Below are positions 58,900 to 64,000 of a stretch of 64,000 nucleotides of DNA, piece by piece. The notes under the pieces were generated by a model. It ran no database searches and was not told the DNA's origin. It saw only the letters and a list, made by a program, of their open reading frames with translations. The position numbers were made by a program, and so were the translations under genes. The stretch is taken from the NCBI GenBank assembly GCA_964016885.1, contig OZ024742.1, positions 298,716,001-298,780,000 on the forward strand, read 5' to 3'. The stretch's first letter is position 1; the number at the start of each line of letters is the position of its first letter. This DNA is from Eledone cirrhosa (taxonomy: Eukaryota).

Positions 58900-61800
58900 T
58901 TGTTGTGTAACTTGACCTTCAGGCGGTGGGTCAACTCATTTTCGCCCCTCCCAGGGGCGAAATATTCGTTTGAAAAATGTTTCTCTATCGAATTTTGCAA
59001 AAGAATATCGTTAAGAAGTTTGGTTACGCTATGAACGCTGCGTTTGGCGATAATGGTAGTGGAGAGTCGGTTCTTCCCTTTCCTTCTCCATAGATACTAT
59101 GGAGATGGAAAGAAGAAATAAAATTGTAAAAACGGATTTAAATCCAAACAAAAAAAATAATAGTGTCACAAATGACCAAACAGTACAATGACAACAAAAA
59201 TAACAACAACAACACTAATAATGATGATAAAAACAACAATGACAACAACAACAAAGAAAAAAATAAAGACAACACCAATAATACCAGCATCAAAGACAAC
59301 AACAACACCAACACCAAGGAAAATACGAACAACATCAGTGACAACAAGAACAACAACAACAACAATAACAACAATAATGACAACACCAACACGGACAATT
59401 CCACAAAGAAACCAAAAATCTCCTATGCACTGACAGTTCAGAAAAAGAAGGAATTCACGACATATCAAAGGCCGTACAACTTCTGAAGGTACGCTAGGAG
59501 ATATTTTACTTTTGAAAAGAATGGTTCTTTCAGCATCAATTCCCCTGTAGAAATTTGTAAGGAAACTGCTCCCAAAACGATAGTTTTTAGGACAGTTCCC
59601 AATTCTACCCGAAAACCGGTCCAATTGTCACAGAAAGAAATTGAAATGGTTTTCAAAAAATTCAATGAATGATATTTCATTCATTCAAAGAGGCAAACTC
59701 TTTGGGAGTATTTCGGTACTCATGAAGGATCAATTGACGGCCCAAAATTACCCTGTGGTGCGAATTGTATCCAACCTGTATACTTTTTTCCCCACATACA
59801 TGGGAAAAAGGACACGAAAGATCAGAATCACAAGTGTCACACCAAAGGTAAACATATGGTGGATACTGTGCGGCTTTATTAATTTTGATGAAGACAGAAT
59901 ACTTTCAGTAGGAAAGTCCCCCAGAGATATATTTAATGGGACTAGTGTTGAAGTTCTGGTGCAAATGAGCCCAGAACGAATAGCTAGGATCCCACAACGT
60001 GTACTCCTGGACGGACTCACCTACATAAACTTTTCGGTTGAGGGTAGGCGGCCTTCATGTTACCACTGCTTTAGCAGGGGTCACCTGAGGGCTTCTTGTC
60101 CTCAATTAATGAGTAAAAAAAAGACACTTTTGCCGACACCCATCAAAATAACACCACCACCACCACCACCACCACCACCACCACCACCACCAGCACCACA
60201 ACAACAACACCACCACAAAAAAATAACCACAACAAACACAGTCCCACCCAACCCCACTCCTCCTAAAACCACTACAAAATCACATACAGACACAACAGCT
60301 CCCCAAGACATGCTCCTCCCCAATAACACAGACGATACAACATATGAGGCTATCTCGTCATCATCCAGTGAAGACGAGGGAGAACCCCATCGCTCGAAAA
60401 GACAAAAAGGCACCACAAAAACAAAAAACCAGCAAACACTACCACAAACATACAACCACCAACACAAACAACAAAAACATCATAAACAAAATCCCCACCT
60501 TCTCAAAACAAAATGCCTACAACAAAACGAAAGCACACACAAGAACTACAGACAAAAACAAACACAACACAAGAAAATTACAGTTACACATACATAGACA
60601 CTGAAAACAAAACACTAATGGAGACCATTACGAACAACCCTTCGGTGAAAACCGAAGGGAAAACTTCCGCAAACTCTAATAAAAATAATAAAAACCCAAC
60701 CTAAAACTGATTAGGGTCCCTATACAAACTTATAGGTGCCTAAAAGAAATATTTGAAAAGGACGTGGGAAATTCCTGCGTGAAACCACTTAACCGCGTCC
60801 TTCTCAAATGTCTCCCCACCCCAGACACCCCCATCCCACCAGACACCTCCTCCCCACCAAACATCTCCGTCCCCACCGACCAGAAATCACCACCCACCCA
60901 GAAAACCCCTCCAACACCCCCATCGAACTTGAGCGACCCACTCTCCAGGAAACGAAAAGGTGAGTGTACTCTTCCTTTTCATTTCCAACTCTTCCTCACC
61001 GACATGGAAAATGTAAGATTCGGTTGTGTGAAAGTGCACAGCCAGGGGATGCCCTGCAAACAGGGCAAACCCTTAAACGACCTCAGGTCGCAGAGCATGG
61101 ATGTAATTGCCATCTGCGAGTCCAGGATCCATAGCGAGCGACAGCTGGCCCCCATCTTCGATGACTTTGAGATCTACGCATCTCTATGTCAGCCGGGAGT
61201 TGGGGGCGGGGTTGCCGTTTTGCTGAGGAAACACATGGGCCTCGTAACACAGACGGTACATCTGGACCCGGAAGGTCGACTCGTGTTCCTAGACGTTGAC
61301 GGTAGTGAAGGTGGAACCTTCAGGTTGGTGGCCGCATATGCCCCATCCGGGACTCCGCGGCCAGACTTCTTCAAACGTCTAGAGATTTTTCTGGGAACGT
61401 CCCGCTCCTTGCTTTTAGTGGGGGACTGGAATGGAATCCTAGATGCACGTTGGGACTATGTGGGAGCATGTCCCGATAAAGAGCGGGTGAAACAGCCTCA
61501 AACAGTTAATCGGCCGATTTGACTTGGCCGATAGATATCGACTAGATTTTCCGGCTGTGCCACTGTGGACGTGGACTAATCTTGGCGGAACATCTAAATC
61601 GTACCTAGATAGGGTTCTAGTTAGAAATAAGGATAGGGACATGTTAAGCTGTCCACAAATGTTCATGGTTGCCTATTCAGATCACAAACTAGTGAACTGC
61701 ATAGTCAACCTTGATAGAACCCATAGACAGGGACCCGGCTACTGGAAGCTGAACTTGTCATTACCGACATATAAAGCCTACAGTAGACGGATTAACACTT

Positions 61801-64000
61801 TAGTTAAACAGTACTTGACAGGGGCCATTGTCAATAACAGATGGAGGTACTCTCTCAAGAGGGCAGTTAGATTAGACTCGTTAGTTTTTAGTAAAGAATT
61901 AGCGTTAGATTGAAATAGGTCCGAGAAGGAACTGGTAGATAAAGTAGAAGAGGCAATTAGGAGTGGCAACGTAGCCAGCGTGCTAGCGACGAGAACGGCC
62001 TTGGACCAGTTCTTCGACGCAAATCACGAGGGCTGCGTTGTCATAAGAAAAATACGTGCTCTAGGTAACAAGGGAGCCAAAGCTGTTAGCTGGGCTCGAG
62101 TGACGGAAGTGAAAGTGGCAATGATTGGGTCTTTGGAGGACGCGTGATACGTGATCCGAAGCAGATGTGCAAGGCCTTTCAGTGGCACTTTGCTCAACTG
62201 TTCGGGCAGGGCGGCGCGCCGGGAAGGGCTATGGATTTCGCTCCATACCTCGACGGCCTACCGCGACTCTCGGACAGCGAGGCGAAGTTCTGCGAAAGGC
62301 CGATTTCGGCTGTGAGATAGGAGACGCGCTGAGCCAATGTGGCAAACGCAAATCTCCAGGTCTCGACGGTCTACTCTACGAATTTTATGTAGCAATGCCT
62401 GACTTGTTCTCTGTTCTCCTGGAAGCGGTCTACTGCAATTGGCAGCAGAACGGAAGAATTCCCTATTCTGTGACCAAGGGCGTAGTCACGCTAGTCAGGA
62501 AGGACAAGATTAAGGGGGATGACATAGGCAATTTCCGGTACATAACTCTGCTAAACATAGAGTTACAGATTTTGGCAAAGAGGCTGGCGCTTGTCGTCGA
62601 AAACCTGGTGGGAAAAGCGCAGACATGCGCAATCCCGACCAGGTCCATACACGACAACCTCCACTTCGTGCGATACATCGTAGTGAGGGTAGGGTGTAAA
62701 CTCGGCTTCGGTGGGGCTCTGATCAACTTGGATCAGTCTAAGACTTTCGATAGGGTTGACCATCGTTACCAGGATGCGGTGCTCGAGGTGGCAGGCTTCG
62801 GACCCGTGTTCAGGGGCTGGATTGCTGCAATGCACAGCAGCAGCATCTGCTCAAGTGTCAAGGTGAACGGCTAGCTCTCGGAGCCGTTCCATATCACGCG
62901 ATCCATCCGACAGGGATGCCCTCTCTCATCCCTTCTGTACGTACTGACTCTCGAGCCACTACTGCGGGAGTTGGAGCTATTGCAGGGCATCCCTCTGGAA
63001 CCGGGACTGCGGAAAGCGGCGTCGGGCTACGCCGACGACGTGACAGTAATGGTGTCGAGCACCTCACAAATCGAGGAAGTCGGCACCTTACTGAAGGAAT
63101 ACGAAAGGTTCACAGGAGCGAAGCTGAACCGGGACAAGTCCATCGATTTACAACTCGGATCGTGGAGAGGCAAACCGAGGCCTTCCGATGGCGTCGTCGG
63201 ACGCTGGACGGAAGAACTGGTGAACCTGCTCGGGGTCTGGTTTGGTCCGGACCTCCAGGCGGAGAAGAACTGGAACGAGGTGACGGCCAATGTGTTTGCA
63301 CTCACCCAGAATGGGCCGAGTGCAAACAATCTTTGAAAGGTCGAGTGGAGGTGGCAAACACTTTTATAGCGACCGCCATCTACTACGCTTAACCGTCGTG
63401 CCTTGTCCAACCAAAACGCTCACCAAAATGGAGCACGCACTCTTCAGAAGCGGGCTCCTTTGGTGAGAAGATCCATCTGCTTCCAACATCCTTCCAACAG
63501 AGGGCTGGGGATGCCGTGGCTGACGATGCGCAAACACGCGCTCAGGCTGCGGCACCTCCACGTATTCCTCACCGGACAACCGGTGTGAGCTCCGTTTGTG
63601 ACGCGAGCCTTCCCACGACTCGTCTCGCTGACCGAGTTGCAGTCCTGGGTGAAGCAAAGACCGAGGAAAATGGGCGACTGGCACATCGAATGTGCTCAGG
63701 CGCTCACAGCCCTCTGGCAGGCGGACCCGGCGATCAGTGGAGACTCCACTTCGTCATTCTATAGAGGGTTGGTCCGCAGCAAGTGCGACACACGCGCTCG
63801 GAGATACTCTAGGCGTAGAGGAAGACGAACTGGCCAGCCTGTTAGTTAGGATCCTCCGCCCGGGACCGATGGACAACTTCCAAAAGTCCCTGGCCTGGCA
63901 ATGTTACAGAGGAGCTCTACCAGTTCGAGACAAGCTCTACAGACACGGGCGCGCGGGCAGGGACCGTTCGAAAAAGATCTGTCCGAGATTCGTGCGAGAC
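58900..64000 (+). mobile_element. Tx1/L1-clade LINE (same family as 31635-35992), near full-length 5' part, disrupted ORF1 (about 59099-60600) and ORF2 (about 61003 to window end)
   Basis: KISYA motif, CYHCFSRGHLRASC knuckle, APE and RT motifs collinear with the first copy; many stops and frameshifts; 5' boundary approximate. Confidence 0.9.

Noticed and set aside
58910-58965. Two hairpins at the Tx1 5' end as a ribozyme
   Set aside because: Simple stem-loops only; no pseudoknot or catalytic motif identified

Overview
This is AT-rich animal intergenic or intronic DNA. The SINE types and the (TA)n abundance suggest an octopus or other coleoid genome (inference). No confident host gene is visible, and almost all '[12 protein letters not shown]' ORFs are microsatellite artefacts. 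Roughly the first 40 kb is a nested pile-up of retroelements in cryptic (TA)n arrays: at least three groups of Penelope-like elements (PLEs; RT + C-terminal GIY-YIG), a Tx1/L1-clade LINE, a CR1/L2 fragment and many short non-coding islands. From 40-64 kb there are R4/Dong-like RLE fragments in (CATA)n, SINEs, more PLE ends and a second Tx1 copy. Manual reading found about 20 complete-looking type I hammerhead ribozyme (HHR) motifs plus several partial or mutated ones, from about a dozen sequence families. Many have non-canonical cores (U3-A8, A4, U-U or C-A at 10.1-11.1, very long helix II). Two patterns stand out. (i) An ORF-less 430-480-bp HHR-bearing family occurs three times as circularly permuted or partial-tandem copies with a covarying hairpin; it is a retrozyme-like / circRNA candidate. 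(ii) Insertions recurrently form head-to-head palindromes in which one arm stops at an internal TA motif about 40-105 nt short of the other, which looks like a footprint of the PLE integration mechanism. All structures were paired by eye, not computed.
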